Source: a bacterium (GTDB taxonomy: Bacteria; Zhuqueibacterota; Zhuqueibacteria; Oceanimicrobiales; Oceanimicrobiaceae). Taken from it: a stretch of DNA of 63,390 bases. The position numbers were made by a program, and so were the translations under genes. The stretch is taken from the NCBI GenBank assembly GCA_037446635.1, contig JBBIIG010000012.1, positions 1 through 63,390 of the forward strand. The letters are read 5' to 3'. Below are positions 28,730 to 40,815 of the stretch, one piece after another (positions within the stretch are counted from its first letter, which is position 1; the number at the start of each line of letters is the position of its first letter). The notes under the pieces were generated by a model. That model was given only the letters and a program-made list of their open reading frames with translations. It did not search any database and had not been told where the DNA came from.

Positions 28730-29809
28730 ATGGCAAAACGCGATTATTACGACGTTTTAGGGGTTTCAGAACAGGCCAGCGCCGAAGAAATCAAGAAGGC
28801 GTATCGCAATCTGGCAAAGAAATATCACCCCGACGCCAACCCGGGGGATAAGACTGCCGAAGATCGGTTTAAAGAAATTTCATCGGCCTACGACGTACTC
28901 AGCGATCCCCAGAAACGCCAGCAATATGATCAGATGCGGAAATTCGGGTTCGCCGGCATGCGCCCGGAAGGCGGCTTTTCTTCTCAAGGTTTTGATTTCG
29001 ATCTGAGCGATTTATTCGGCTTTGGAACGCGCAGCGGCGGCCGCCGAACACGTACGCGGCCATCTGAGGTCGATGAGTTTTTCCGTTTTAGCGGTTTGGG
29101 CGATCTGTTCAGCCAATTTTTTGATCGCGAAAACGGTTTTGGCCAAAGCAGCCGCACTGAAAGCGGCATGGATATTCACGCCGCCCTGGAGATTCCATTT
29201 GAAACGGCGGCATTGGGCGGAACCGCCGCGTTCACTATCAATAAAGAAGAGATTTGCTCCGATTGCCGCGGCAGCGGCGCGCAAGCGGGAAGCCATCCCG
29301 AAACCTGTCCGCAATGCCGCGGCAGAGGGATGCTCTTCATGTCGCAGGGCGCATTTTCGGTTACTAGGCCGTGCCCGCGCTGCTTAGGAAAAGGAAAAAT
29401 CATTTCCCAGCCCTGCCGTTCGTGCCGGGGCAGCGGCCGCCAACTGGTCAACAAAAAATATTCGGTTAAAATTGCGCCAGGCGCGGAGGACGGCCAGGTG
29501 TTGAGATTAAGCGGGCAGGGCCATCCCGGCGGCGCCGGTCAAAAAAGCGGCGATTTGATTTTGACGTTGAAGGTTGGCAAGCACAAATTTTTCCAAAATA
29601 AGGGACTGGATGTTTATTGCGAAGTGCCCATCGACAAAAAGCGCGCAAAGAAGGGCGCCAAAGTTCGGGTGAAAACCATTTACGGCAACACGGTCGAAAT
29701 CAACATTCCGCCGAACTCCATTAACGGTAAAACTCTGCGCGTGCCAGGAATGGGTATTCGCGGCCGCGATCGCGTTGGCGATCAGTATGTTAAAATCAAG
29801 GTCGTTTAG
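28730..29809 (+). CDS. dnaJ: DnaJ chaperone
   Basis: J domain with HPD, G/F region and four CxxCxGxG repeats; short C-terminus. Confidence 0.9.
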   Translation: MAKRDYYDVLGVSEQASAEEIKKAYRNLAKKYHPDANPGDKTAEDRFKEISSAYDVLSDPQKRQQYDQMRKFGFAGMRPEGGFSSQGFDFDLSDLFGFGTRSGGRRTRTRPSEVDEFFRFSGLGDLFSQFFDRENGFGQSSRTESGMDIHAALEIPFETAALGGTAAFTINKEEICSDCRGSGAQAGSHPETCPQCRGRGMLFMSQGAFSVTRPCPRCLGKGKIISQPCRSCRGSGRQLVNKKYSVKIAPGAEDGQVLRLSGQGHPGGAGQKSGDLILTLKVGKHKFFQNKGLDVYCEVPIDKKRAKKGAKVRVKTIYGNTVEINIPPNSINGKTLRVPGMGIRGRDRVGDQYVKIKVV

Positions 29810-29890
29810 GAACTTCTATCCGCCAGCGCCGTTTGAAGGGTGAAATTTGTTTTTTTTTGAATTAATTCTTCTGTAAGGAGGACATACAAA

Positions 29891-31399
29891 ATGAAATCGA
29901 TGAACAGAAAATCTGTGATCGTGATCTTCTCGATCTTAGTGGGGGTGGTAGTTGGTTTGATGCTGGCCTCCAATTTTAATTTATCGAACAATGGCCTGGC
30001 CAATCACCAGCCGGCGCCAACGGCGGCCGCGGCAGTCGTTTCCCAGCCGATTCATTCGGATTTGGAAAGCACCAGCCGCGCTTTTGTTGAAATCGCCAAG
30101 CGCGTGACGCCGACGGTCGTCGCCATCACCAGTGAAAAAACCGTGCGCGTCACCAGCCCCTTCTCGAATTTTTTCCACAACGATGATTTCTTTCGCCGAT
30201 TTTTCCCGGATCCGGGCGACCGCGAATACACCCAAAGAGGTCTCGGCTCCGGCGTGATCGTGTCTTCGGACGGCTATATTTTGACGAATTACCATGTGGT
30301 GAAGGACGCCGATGAGATCAATGTTGTAATCGATCGCAATCAATACGATGCAAAAATTATCGGCACCGATCCGGCCACCGACGTTGCGGTCATCAAAATC
30401 GAGGCCAAGGATTTGCCGGCAGCCACGATTGGGGATTCCGATAATTTAGAAGTGGGCGAGCTGGTGCTCGCCATTGGCAGCCCATTTGATTTGCGCTTGC
30501 AGCACACCGTTACCTCCGGCATTATCAGCGCCAAAGGCCGCGCCTTGAATATTGGCGGCGATCTCACCTACCAGGATTTCATTCAAACCGACGCCGCCAT
30601 CAATCCCGGCAACAGCGGCGGCGCGCTGGTGAATATTCGCGGCGAGTTGATCGGTATCAATACCGCCATTTATGCCGGCACCACCGGCGGCAACATAGGT
30701 ATCGGGTTTGCCATTCCGATAAATTTAGCCAAACGGGTCATGGATGATCTCATTTCTCACGGCAAAGTCTATCGCGGTTATCTGGGGGTTTGGATTACCA
30801 CCCCCGATGCCGACATGAGTGAAGCTCTTAAGTTGAAAGACACTCGCGGCGCCGTGGTTAACGAAGTAGCAAAAGGATCGCCCGCGGATCGCGCCGGCCT
30901 GCGCAAGTACGATGTGATTATAGAAGTGGATGGTAAGACGATTGACGACTCCCAAATGTTGACCAATCTGATTGCGTCGTACGCCCCCGGCTCAACTGTG
31001 AATTTAAAAATCATTCGCGACGGCAAAACCAGGGAATTGAGTGTAAAACTTGACGAACGCCAAGAAGAGAAGAGCGCGCGCCCGCAGGTTTCACAACAAG
31101 GTTCCACCACTATGGACATGCTGGGGCTTCAGGTAAGCGAGCTCAACCGGCGTTTGCAAAATGAATTCGGCTATGAAGGCGAAAGCGGCGTAGTGGTGAC
31201 CGATGTTCGCCAGGGCAGCCTAGCGGAACAGAAAGGACTCGCCCGCGGCGATCTTATCAAAGAAGTGAATCGCCAAAGCGTTTCCAGCGTGCGCGAATTC
31301 GAGCGGATTGTGGCAGCAGTGGCGCCCGGGGATATCGTCCTCTTCCAGGTGCAGCGTGGAAGCCGCAATCTTTTCATCGCCATTCGGCTGCCGAAATAA
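29891..31399 (+). CDS. Do/DegQ-family serine protease with two PDZ domains
   Basis: TNYHVV, DVAVI and TDAAINPGNSGG motifs. Confidence 0.94.
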   Translation: MKSMNRKSVIVIFSILVGVVVGLMLASNFNLSNNGLANHQPAPTAAAAVVSQPIHSDLESTSRAFVEIAKRVTPTVVAITSEKTVRVTSPFSNFFHNDDFFRRFFPDPGDREYTQRGLGSGVIVSSDGYILTNYHVVKDADEINVVIDRNQYDAKIIGTDPATDVAVIKIEAKDLPAATIGDSDNLEVGELVLAIGSPFDLRLQHTVTSGIISAKGRALNIGGDLTYQDFIQTDAAINPGNSGGALVNIRGELIGINTAIYAGTTGGNIGIGFAIPINLAKRVMDDLISHGKVYRGYLGVWITTPDADMSEALKLKDTRGAVVNEVAKGSPADRAGLRKYDVIIEVDGKTIDDSQMLTNLIASYAPGSTVNLKIIRDGKTRELSVKLDERQEEKSARPQVSQQGSTTMDMLGLQVSELNRRLQNEFGYEGESGVVVTDVRQGSLAEQKGLARGDLIKEVNRQSVSSVREFERIVAAVAPGDIVLFQVQRGSRNLFIAIRLPK

Positions 31400-31455
31400 G
31401 TAAGTAAGTAGATGGTTTTGGAATTTATTGGAATTTAATTGTAGGGAAGAAAATT

Positions 31456-31731
31456 ATGCCAACGTACGATTACTTGTGCGAAGCTTGCAACCACCAGTTT
31501 GAAATCTTCCAGAGTATCACGGCGCCGTCGCTCAGCGAATGTCCAAAATGCCGAGGCTCGGTGCGCCGGCTCATCAGCGCAGGTAATGGTCTAATTTTCA
31601 AAGGCTCGGGTTTTTACATCACCGATTACAAGAAATCGAACGGCAACAACATGGGCGAGAAAAAACCCTCAGAAAAGAAATCAGAAAAAGCGGAGACAAA
31701 ACCAGCCGCTTCGACTTCTGAAGCGTCTTGA
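31456..31731 (+). CDS. FmdB-family zinc-ribbon protein
   Basis: MPTYDYLCEAC...CPKC...FKGSGFYITDY. Confidence 0.9.
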   Translation: MPTYDYLCEACNHQFEIFQSITAPSLSECPKCRGSVRRLISAGNGLIFKGSGFYITDYKKSNGNNMGEKKPSEKKSEKAETKPAASTSEAS

Positions 31732-31753
31732 GAAACCGACGAAACTTTAATTG

Positions 31754-31786
31754 AAAAGGGTGCAGGTGATGCACCCTTCCTTTTTC
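31754..31786 (+). terminator. Intrinsic terminator
   Basis: aagggtgca-ggtga-tgcaccctt followed by a T-rich tail. Confidence 0.7.
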
Positions 31787-31906
31787 ATTGCCCTGACATG
31801 TTGGCGTAATGACGGTCGCGATTCTCCAGGATTTTTTAAGGCGACCGGGATAGTGCGTCCCATAAGTTCAATAAATCTAAATTTGTCGTTATCTTAATCG
31901 TTTTGA

Positions 31907-31921
31907 TGGCATATTGTTTGC
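31907..31921 (+). promoter_or_regulatory. sigma54 (-24/-12) promoter upstream of dnaK
   Basis: TGGCATATTGTTTGC, identical to the dnaJ site. Confidence 0.75.
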
Positions 31922-31975
31922 CAAATGAAAAAAGCGAAAATTGCTTTGCAATCTTGGCGTATTTTTGATGCTTGA

Positions 31976-33907
<1,932 letters not shown>

Positions 33908-33932
33908 TCAAACAAACGATGCGATGTTTTTT

Positions 33933-34019
33933 GGGGACGCTGATTTTCGCAAAGCGATCGGGTTTATTTTAAACGGATGAGCCCAAAAAATCGGCTTTCA
34001 TCTGCGCGAATCGCGTCCC
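33933..34019. repeat. Imperfect intergenic inverted repeat
   Basis: gggacgctgattttcgc ... gcgcgaatcgcgtccc. Confidence 0.55.
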
Positions 34020-34114
34020 ATTGTCTGTCTCCTTCCTGCGCGGAAATTATGATTGCTTTTTTCTTAAATCTTTCTAAAATTGCCTTCCGTTTGAACCATC
34101 TCTGGAGGAATTAA

Positions 34115-34639
34115 ATGGTTATTCATCGCACGCTGCCAAGAATTATTTTGATTTTATTGATCGTTTTTATCGCCGCGAGTTGCAAGAAGAAAACAGAAGA
34201 AGAGCTGCGTACCATCGCCCAAAATTTTGAAAAGGAAGAAAAGTTTACAGACGCTTTTAAGGCCTATGAAAAACTGTTGAAGTCCTATCCCAAAAGCCCC
34301 AACGCCGAAGAAACGCTCCTGCGCATGGCTTTTATTTCTTACAACAACCTCAACGATTTTGCCAAAGCCATCGAGCTGCATCAGCGCTTGCTTCAAGACT
34401 ATCCCGAAAGCAAATTTGCCGTTCAGTCGCGGTTTATGATTGGTTACATTTACGCCAACGATCTCAAAGACTACGACAACGCCCGGCTGAGCTACACCGA
34501 GTTTTTGGAAAAACACCCCGACAGTGAACTGGTTGAAAGCGTGAAGTGGGAGTTGCAACATTTAGGGAAAGACCTCAACCAGCAACTGCAGGAACTGTTC
34601 AGCAACCAAAAAGCCGATGGGCGCGCCAAAATGAATTGA
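34115..34639 (+). CDS. TPR lipoprotein (BamD/CpoB-like repeats)
   Basis: Lipobox AASC and YPKS/YPES TPR motifs. Confidence 0.8.
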   Translation: MVIHRTLPRIILILLIVFIAASCKKKTEEELRTIAQNFEKEEKFTDAFKAYEKLLKSYPKSPNAEETLLRMAFISYNNLNDFAKAIELHQRLLQDYPESKFAVQSRFMIGYIYANDLKDYDNARLSYTEFLEKHPDSELVESVKWELQHLGKDLNQQLQELFSNQKADGRAKMN

Positions 34640-34803
34640 CTACGTCGAAATTCGCTGTTCTTTTAAAAGCCGAGCGTTTTTTCGAAGAAGGTATTTTTTT
34701 TCGACTCAACTCATTCGGCTTTTTTATTGTTTCTTTCTATGATAACCCGCTGGAACTTTAATACTAAGCTAAAGTATATTCTTTCGATTTTTTTGAGGAG
34801 ACG

Positions 34804-35736
34804 ATGACGCGGCTTATTTTCTACATCTGCTTGAGTTTTTTCGCGACGAATAATTTTGCACAAACCCCGGATTCGACGGCCACCCCCGATTCTCTGGCGG
34901 AGGCGATCACCGCTTCGGTGCAGGTGGACCGCAAAGAGGTTCCGCAAAATTTCACCGTTAAATTCACCTTGCGAATTAGCTGGCAGGGAGAGGTCTCGCG
35001 CTACAAAGTCGAGAAGGTGGATAATCCCGTACTCACTAATTTTGAAATTGTCGGCAACTCATCATCCAATTGGGTCGGCGAAATTGGCGGCGCAAAAAAA
35101 ATAATTCAAACGTACGAATACGTTCTCAAGCCGCTGTCGCTGGGAATGGGCTACATCGATGGGATGATCATCGATTACAAAGATACCAGATACGATGAAA
35201 TCCACAGTCTCGTCACCAACCGCTTGGAAGTAAAAGTTATCGATCCAGTGGTTGAAACCAATTGGACGCTGTGGCTGTTGACGGGCGTGGGTCTGGTGTT
35301 ACTGGTGGTTCTGACAGTGGCTGCGGCAATTTTTATCAAACGCAAAAACGCCCGCGAAGCGGAGCAGCGCCGGCAAATGCTGCAAATCATTCCCCTCGAA
35401 GAAACCTATCTCAACGATCTCAAACAGAAAATAAATTTGAACAACTCGAACAGCGGGGAATCGTTTTCGGCGCTTTCCAAACTTTTGAAGCGTTATCTTT
35501 CGGAGCGCTATCAAATTCCGGCTTTGGAAATCACCTCGCCGGAGATCGTCGTGGAGTTGAAAAAAATGGCCCTCTCCGAAAAGCTGATTGCACAGTTGGA
35601 AGAAGTGCTCAGCGCCTGCGACCTCGCCAAGTTTTCGGGAGGACAAGTGGAGAGCGGAACGCTGGAGCGCTGCTATACATTATTCGAAGACATTCTGAAT
35701 CGGAACAAACGGGAGTTCATCGAATCTACAAATTAA
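34804..35736 (+). CDS. BatD-like protein
   Basis: Signal peptide, ITASVQVDR, TM helix and CDLAKF. Confidence 0.7.
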   Translation: MTRLIFYICLSFFATNNFAQTPDSTATPDSLAEAITASVQVDRKEVPQNFTVKFTLRISWQGEVSRYKVEKVDNPVLTNFEIVGNSSSNWVGEIGGAKKIIQTYEYVLKPLSLGMGYIDGMIIDYKDTRYDEIHSLVTNRLEVKVIDPVVETNWTLWLLTGVGLVLLVVLTVAAAIFIKRKNAREAEQRRQMLQIIPLEETYLNDLKQKINLNNSNSGESFSALSKLLKRYLSERYQIPALEITSPEIVVELKKMALSEKLIAQLEEVLSACDLAKFSGGQVESGTLERCYTLFEDILNRNKREFIESTN

Positions 35737-35755
35737 TCACGCATACGGAGGATAA

Positions 35756-36745
35756 ATGGCAGTTGACATTCAGGCAATCAACGAGAAAATCAAAAGAGAG
35801 AGCGAGTTTGTAGAAAAAATTACCGCAGAAGTTTCCAAAGTCATTGTCGGCCAGAGGTACATGATCGAGCGGCTGCTGATTGGCTTGCTCAGCAACGGCC
35901 ACGTGTTGTTGGAAGGCGTGCCGGGGTTGGCGAAAACTCTGGCTGTGAAAACTCTCTCCGCCGCCATTAAAACCAAATTTCAACGCATTCAATTTACGCC
36001 CGACCTTTTGCCCGCCGATCTCATTGGGACACTGATTTACGATCAACGCAACGGCGATTTCCGCACCAAGAAAGGGCCGATTTTTTCCAACTTAATTTTG
36101 GCAGACGAAATCAACCGCTCGCCGGCAAAGGTGCAATCCGCACTGCTGGAGGCGATGATGGAGCGGCAGGTGACCATTGGCGAAAACACCTTCCCGCTCG
36201 ACGATCCCTTTCTGGTGCTGGCCACGCAAAACCCCATCGAGCAGGAGGGCACGTATCCGCTGCCCGAGGCGCAGATTGATCGCTTCATGTTGAAGCTCTC
36301 CATCGGCTACCCGAATAAAGAGGAAGAGCTGGAGATCATGCGGCGCATGGCCGGCAGGCCGGTGCCGGAGGTGAAGCCGGTGGTCGATCCCGCGGCCATC
36401 ATTTCGGCGCGCAAGTTAGTGAGCGAAGTTTATATTGATGAAAAAGTGGAGCGCTATATTTTGGATATTGTGTTTGCCACTCGCCATCCCAAAGAATACG
36501 GATTGGAGGAATTACAGGATTTGATCGCGTTTGGCGCCTCACCGCGCGCTTCGATTTATCTGCACCAGGCCTCGAAAGCGCATGCGTTTTTGCGCCGGCG
36601 CGGCTACGTGGTTCCCGAAGACGTGCGCGCCATCGGCATGGATGTGCTGCGCCATCGCATCATCGTGACCTACGAGGCCGAGGCCGAGGAGAAAACCGCC
36701 GAGGATGTGGTGCGCACGGTGTTGAACAAAATCGAAGTGCCGTGA
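35756..36745 (+). CDS. moxR: MoxR-family AAA+ ATPase
   Basis: GVPGLAKT, RIQFTPDLLP, DEINR and ATQNPIEQEGTYPLPEAQ motifs. Confidence 0.96.
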   Translation: MAVDIQAINEKIKRESEFVEKITAEVSKVIVGQRYMIERLLIGLLSNGHVLLEGVPGLAKTLAVKTLSAAIKTKFQRIQFTPDLLPADLIGTLIYDQRNGDFRTKKGPIFSNLILADEINRSPAKVQSALLEAMMERQVTIGENTFPLDDPFLVLATQNPIEQEGTYPLPEAQIDRFMLKLSIGYPNKEEELEIMRRMAGRPVPEVKPVVDPAAIISARKLVSEVYIDEKVERYILDIVFATRHPKEYGLEELQDLIAFGASPRASIYLHQASKAHAFLRRRGYVVPEDVRAIGMDVLRHRIIVTYEAEAEEKTAEDVVRTVLNKIEVP

Positions 36746-36748
36746 GAA

Positions 36749-37627
36749 ATGATCCCCAAAGAAATTCTCAAAAAAGTCAAACGCATCGAGATTCAAACCC
36801 GCGGCTTGGTGAACGATGTTTTTTCCGGCGAGTACCACTCGGTGTTTAAAGGCCGCGGCATGGAGTTCTCCGAAGTGCGCGAATATCAAATCGGCGATGA
36901 TATTCGCAGCATCGACTGGAACGTTTCGGCGCGCATGGGGCATCCTTATGTGAAAGTGTTTGAAGAGGAGCGCGAACTCACGGTGATGCTGCTGGTGGAT
37001 GTCAGCTCGTCCGGGAATTTCGGAACCGTCGAGCGCATGAAAGGGGAAATTGCCATCGAGATTTGTGCGCTGCTGGCGTTTTCCGCCATCAAAAATAACG
37101 ACAAAGTCGGGCTGATTATTTTTACCGATCGGATCGAAAAATTCGTCCCGCCCAAAAAGGGCAAGTCGCACGTGCTGCGGGTTTTGCGGGAGCTGCTTTA
37201 TCACCAGCCGCAGGGCAAAGCCACCAACATCGCGCTGGCGCTGGAATATTTGCGCCGCGTCGTTACTCGCCGTGCGGTGGTGTTTTTGGTGTCGGATTTC
37301 ATTTCGGAGAATTACCAAAAAGCTCTGCAGATCGCCAATCGCCGCCACGATCTGGTGGCCATCACCATCACCGATCCGCGGGAAACCGATTTGCCTGATG
37401 TGGGTTTTATTGAATTGGAAGACGCCGAAACCGGCGAGGTGATTTTGCTGGATACCTCCGACGTCCAGCTTCGGGAAACGTTTTCGGAGTCGTCGTCCAA
37501 AACCATCCGAGAGCGCGATCGGCTGCTGCATTCCATGAACGTCGATACCATCGACGTGCGCACCAACGTTTCCTATATCGATCCGCTCATTCGCTTTTTT
37601 CGGATGCGAGCCAAACGCTATCGCTAA
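36749..37627 (+). CDS. DUF58 (VWA-like) protein
   Basis: FKGRGMEFSEVREY..GDDIRSIDWN. Confidence 0.93.
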   Translation: MIPKEILKKVKRIEIQTRGLVNDVFSGEYHSVFKGRGMEFSEVREYQIGDDIRSIDWNVSARMGHPYVKVFEEERELTVMLLVDVSSSGNFGTVERMKGEIAIEICALLAFSAIKNNDKVGLIIFTDRIEKFVPPKKGKSHVLRVLRELLYHQPQGKATNIALALEYLRRVVTRRAVVFLVSDFISENYQKALQIANRRHDLVAITITDPRETDLPDVGFIELEDAETGEVILLDTSDVQLRETFSESSSKTIRERDRLLHSMNVDTIDVRTNVSYIDPLIRFFRMRAKRYR

Positions 37628-37788
37628 GTACATGATTTCATAATTACGATTGCGTATTTGTGGCGCTAACAATATGGATCCGACACTGTTTGCAACAGTG
37701 TATTGGAGCGTCGTTAAGACAAACACAGTTTCAAACTGTGTTAGGAACCGTTTCAATAATACGTATCTGAATTTATGAAATTGTGTAC
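37628..37788. mobile_element. MITE-like element
   Basis: Terminal IRs GTACATGATTTCATAA and (reverse complement) GTACACAATTTCATAA, TAA on both flanks, two internal hairpins. Confidence 0.7.
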
Positions 37789-37871
37789 TAAGTTCCCTCT
37801 CCTCACGGAGAGGGTTAGGGTGAGGTCAAATATCGAATGCTAAATTTCGAAATTAAACGGAGAACGACAGT

Positions 37872-38804
37872 ATGAAAATTGGAAACGCGATCGCTGCGGC
37901 GATCCTGTTCACGATGTTTCTGGTTGGCTGTGAAAAAGAGGTTCAACCCAAAATCGATCTACAAAAGAAACGCGATTTTGCCAACGCGCTCTACAACCGC
38001 CAGTTGTATCATCAGTCCATTGATGAATACAATGACATTTTGCAGAATTATAATTTGCAGCCGTCGGAAGCGGCAAACCTGAATTACATCATCGGCGATA
38101 TCTATTTTGAGCGCGTGCGCGATTATGAAAATGCTCTCGCTTATTATTTGAAGGTCAAGCATCTTTATCCCGACAGCCCGCTGCTGGCGGAGGTGAGCAA
38201 AAAGATCGTGGAATGTTTAGAGCGGCTGCAGCGCTCCGCCGACGCGCAACAGGCTCTGGACGAATCCACGCTCATCGAGCCCAGCGAAGCGAAAAAGAGC
38301 CGCCCCGGCGAGGTGATTGCTAAAATCGGCAAAAAGTCCATCACCACCGGCGATCTCGAGTTTGAAATCAGCCAACTGCCGCCTTATGTGAAATCGCAAT
38401 TGAACGATAAAAGCAGCAAGATCGATTTCCTCAAGCAGTACATCGCCACCGAGCTGCTTTATGATTCCGCCAAACGTAAAGGGCTGGATAAAGATAAAGA
38501 GGTAATCGAAGCGACGTTTCAGGCCAAGAGAAATTTCATGGTGCAAAAACTTCTGCAGGAAGAAATCTCGCAAAGCGTCGATGTTCAGGAATCGGATGTG
38601 AAACTCTACTACGACGCCAACAAAGAAAATTACGCCAAAAAAGACGACAAGGGCAACGTCACTGGAATTCGGCCATTTGAAGAAGTAAAGACAAAAGTCA
38701 TGCAGGACTACATCCGCAAAAAGCAGCAGGACGCCTACGATCAACTGATCCAGCGTTTGATGCGCGCCGAGGCGGTGCAAATTTATGACGACAAACTGCA
38801 ATGA
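37872..38804 (+). CDS. Lipoprotein with TPR and SurA/PrsA N-terminal-like chaperone domain
   Basis: Lipobox LVGC; VIAKIG..IT..D; A.RKGLDK; PFEEVK. Confidence 0.7.
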   Translation: MKIGNAIAAAILFTMFLVGCEKEVQPKIDLQKKRDFANALYNRQLYHQSIDEYNDILQNYNLQPSEAANLNYIIGDIYFERVRDYENALAYYLKVKHLYPDSPLLAEVSKKIVECLERLQRSADAQQALDESTLIEPSEAKKSRPGEVIAKIGKKSITTGDLEFEISQLPPYVKSQLNDKSSKIDFLKQYIATELLYDSAKRKGLDKDKEVIEATFQAKRNFMVQKLLQEEISQSVDVQESDVKLYYDANKENYAKKDDKGNVTGIRPFEEVKTKVMQDYIRKKQQDAYDQLIQRLMRAEAVQIYDDKLQ

Positions 38805-39817
38805 ACATGATCGGGCGGGCGCTTAAAATATTTTTTCTTTTCGTGCTGGCCGCGTTTCCCGCGACGGCGCAGCATTCCGTCGCCATCGATTCGCGAATCG
38901 ACAAAAGCACCATTCGCATCGGCGATGTTGTAACCTACAGCATCACCGTCACCCGTTCGCCGGAGGTGGAGATGATGTGGCCCGGCATGGCGGCCAATTT
39001 AGGCGCGTTCGAGATTCGCAGCTACGAGCCGCCCCGTTCTGAAAAGAAGAACGGCTTGATCGCAGACCGGGTGGCGTACACCATTTCGACGTTCGATATT
39101 GGCGAATTTGAAATTCCGCCGCTGACCTTTCGCTACACCCTTCCCGGCGATACCACCCAGCATATTTTGCAAACCGAGAAACTGAAAATTGTAGTGGAGA
39201 GTTTGAAGCCCAGCGAGGCCGGCGACATCCGCGACATCAAGGGGCCGCTGGGTTTGCCGCGCAGCTACCGGCAGTTCATTTTGTGGGGCAGCCTTGCGCT
39301 GGCGGTGGCGCTGCTGCTGAGCGCGCTTTACTATGTTTATCAGCGCAAGAAAGCCGGCAAAAGTTTGCTGCCGAAAAAAGTCGAGCCGCCGCGGCCGCCG
39401 CACGAAGTGGCGCTGCAGGCGCTCCAGGATCTCAAGTCGTCCTCGCTGCTGGCGGAAGGCCGGGTGAAGGAATATTACATTCGGGTTTCGGAGATCATTC
39501 GGCGCTACATTGAAGGCCGCTACTTCATCGTCGCGCTGGAGTTGACGACCTACGAGTTGATTGAACGCCTGCGCGCCGCCGACGTGGAACCGGAGATGGT
39601 GCAACTCACCCAGGAGTTTCTCGATAGTTGCGACTTGGTGAAGTTTGCGAAGTACCAGCCAACTGAGGATGAGAATCAGCAAGTTTTGGAGCGCGCTTTT
39701 GAAATAGTGGAACGCACAAAATTGGTGTACGATCAGCCGGCCGCAGAAACGGCGCCGGCCGCCGAGGCCTCCAAAAGCGAAGTCGTTTTACCCGAAGCTG
39801 TTGAGGAAGCGAAGTAA
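38801..39817 (+). CDS. BatD-like/DUF4381-like membrane protein
   Basis: IRIGD, DIRDIK, TM helix, PPHEVAL and DLVKFAK. Confidence 0.75.
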   Translation: MNMIGRALKIFFLFVLAAFPATAQHSVAIDSRIDKSTIRIGDVVTYSITVTRSPEVEMMWPGMAANLGAFEIRSYEPPRSEKKNGLIADRVAYTISTFDIGEFEIPPLTFRYTLPGDTTQHILQTEKLKIVVESLKPSEAGDIRDIKGPLGLPRSYRQFILWGSLALAVALLLSALYYVYQRKKAGKSLLPKKVEPPRPPHEVALQALQDLKSSSLLAEGRVKEYYIRVSEIIRRYIEGRYFIVALELTTYELIERLRAADVEPEMVQLTQEFLDSCDLVKFAKYQPTEDENQQVLERAFEIVERTKLVYDQPAAETAPAAEASKSEVVLPEAVEEAK

Positions 39818-39819
39818 TT

Positions 39820-40815
39820 ATGCTGCGATTTGCCAATCCCGAATTTTTATTGCTGCTGGCGATGATTCCGCCGCTGATCTATTGGTACATTCGAAAACAT
39901 GCCACCCGCGCCGGCGCCATTCGCTACTCCAATATCGGGCTGGTGAAGAATGTCAATCATTCCTCAAATAAAACAAAGTACCGCCACGCCACGTTTGCGT
40001 TGCGGATGCTGGCGCTGACGCTGCTCATCATCGGCATTGCGCGTCCGCAATCCGGGCGCACCGAGGAAGAGATCATCACGGAGGGCATCGATATCGTGAT
40101 GGCGCTGGATATCTCCAGCAGCATGTTGGCGGAAGATTTCAAGCCCCATAATCGCCTGGAGGCCGCTAAATTGGTAGCGCAGGATTTCATCAAGGGGCGG
40201 ACCAATGACCGCATCGGTATGGTGGTCTTCGCCGCCAAAAGTTTTACCCAGTGCCCGCTGACTCTCGATTACGGCATTTTGATGAACTTCATCGAAGAAA
40301 TTCAAATCGGCATGATCGAAGATGGCACAGCCATCGGCATGGGCATCGCCAACGCCGTCAATCGGCTGCGCGACAGCAAAGCAAAAAGTAAAGTGATCAT
40401 CCTGCTCACCGACGGCCAAAATAACCGCGGCCAGATCGACCCCATCACCGCGGCGAAAGTGGCGCAGGCGTTCGGAATTCGGATTTACACGGTTGGGGTG
40501 GGAACCTACGGCGAGGCGATGTACCCGGTGGATAACCCGATTTTTGGGAGGCGCTATGTTCCCATGCCCGTTCAAATTGATGAACCGATGCTGCAGGAAA
40601 TTGCCCAGCTCACCAACGGCAGTTATTTTCGCGCCACCGATACGCAGAGCCTCGAAAATATTTTCAAGGAAATTGATCAACTGGAGAAAACCAAAATCGC
40701 AGTGAAGCAATACACCCGTTTCAAAGAGTTGTTCGTGCAATATCTGTTCGCAGCGTTGGGGCTGATTGTGGCGGAGGTGGTTTTGAATAACACCAAATTT
40801 CGGAAGATTCCCTAA
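39820..40815 (+). CDS. batA: BatA VWA-domain protein
   Basis: DISSSM MIDAS, GTAIGMG and LLTDG motifs. Confidence 0.9.
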   Translation: MLRFANPEFLLLLAMIPPLIYWYIRKHATRAGAIRYSNIGLVKNVNHSSNKTKYRHATFALRMLALTLLIIGIARPQSGRTEEEIITEGIDIVMALDISSSMLAEDFKPHNRLEAAKLVAQDFIKGRTNDRIGMVVFAAKSFTQCPLTLDYGILMNFIEEIQIGMIEDGTAIGMGIANAVNRLRDSKAKSKVIILLTDGQNNRGQIDPITAAKVAQAFGIRIYTVGVGTYGEAMYPVDNPIFGRRYVPMPVQIDEPMLQEIAQLTNGSYFRATDTQSLENIFKEIDQLEKTKIAVKQYTRFKELFVQYLFAALGLIVAEVVLNNTKFRKIP

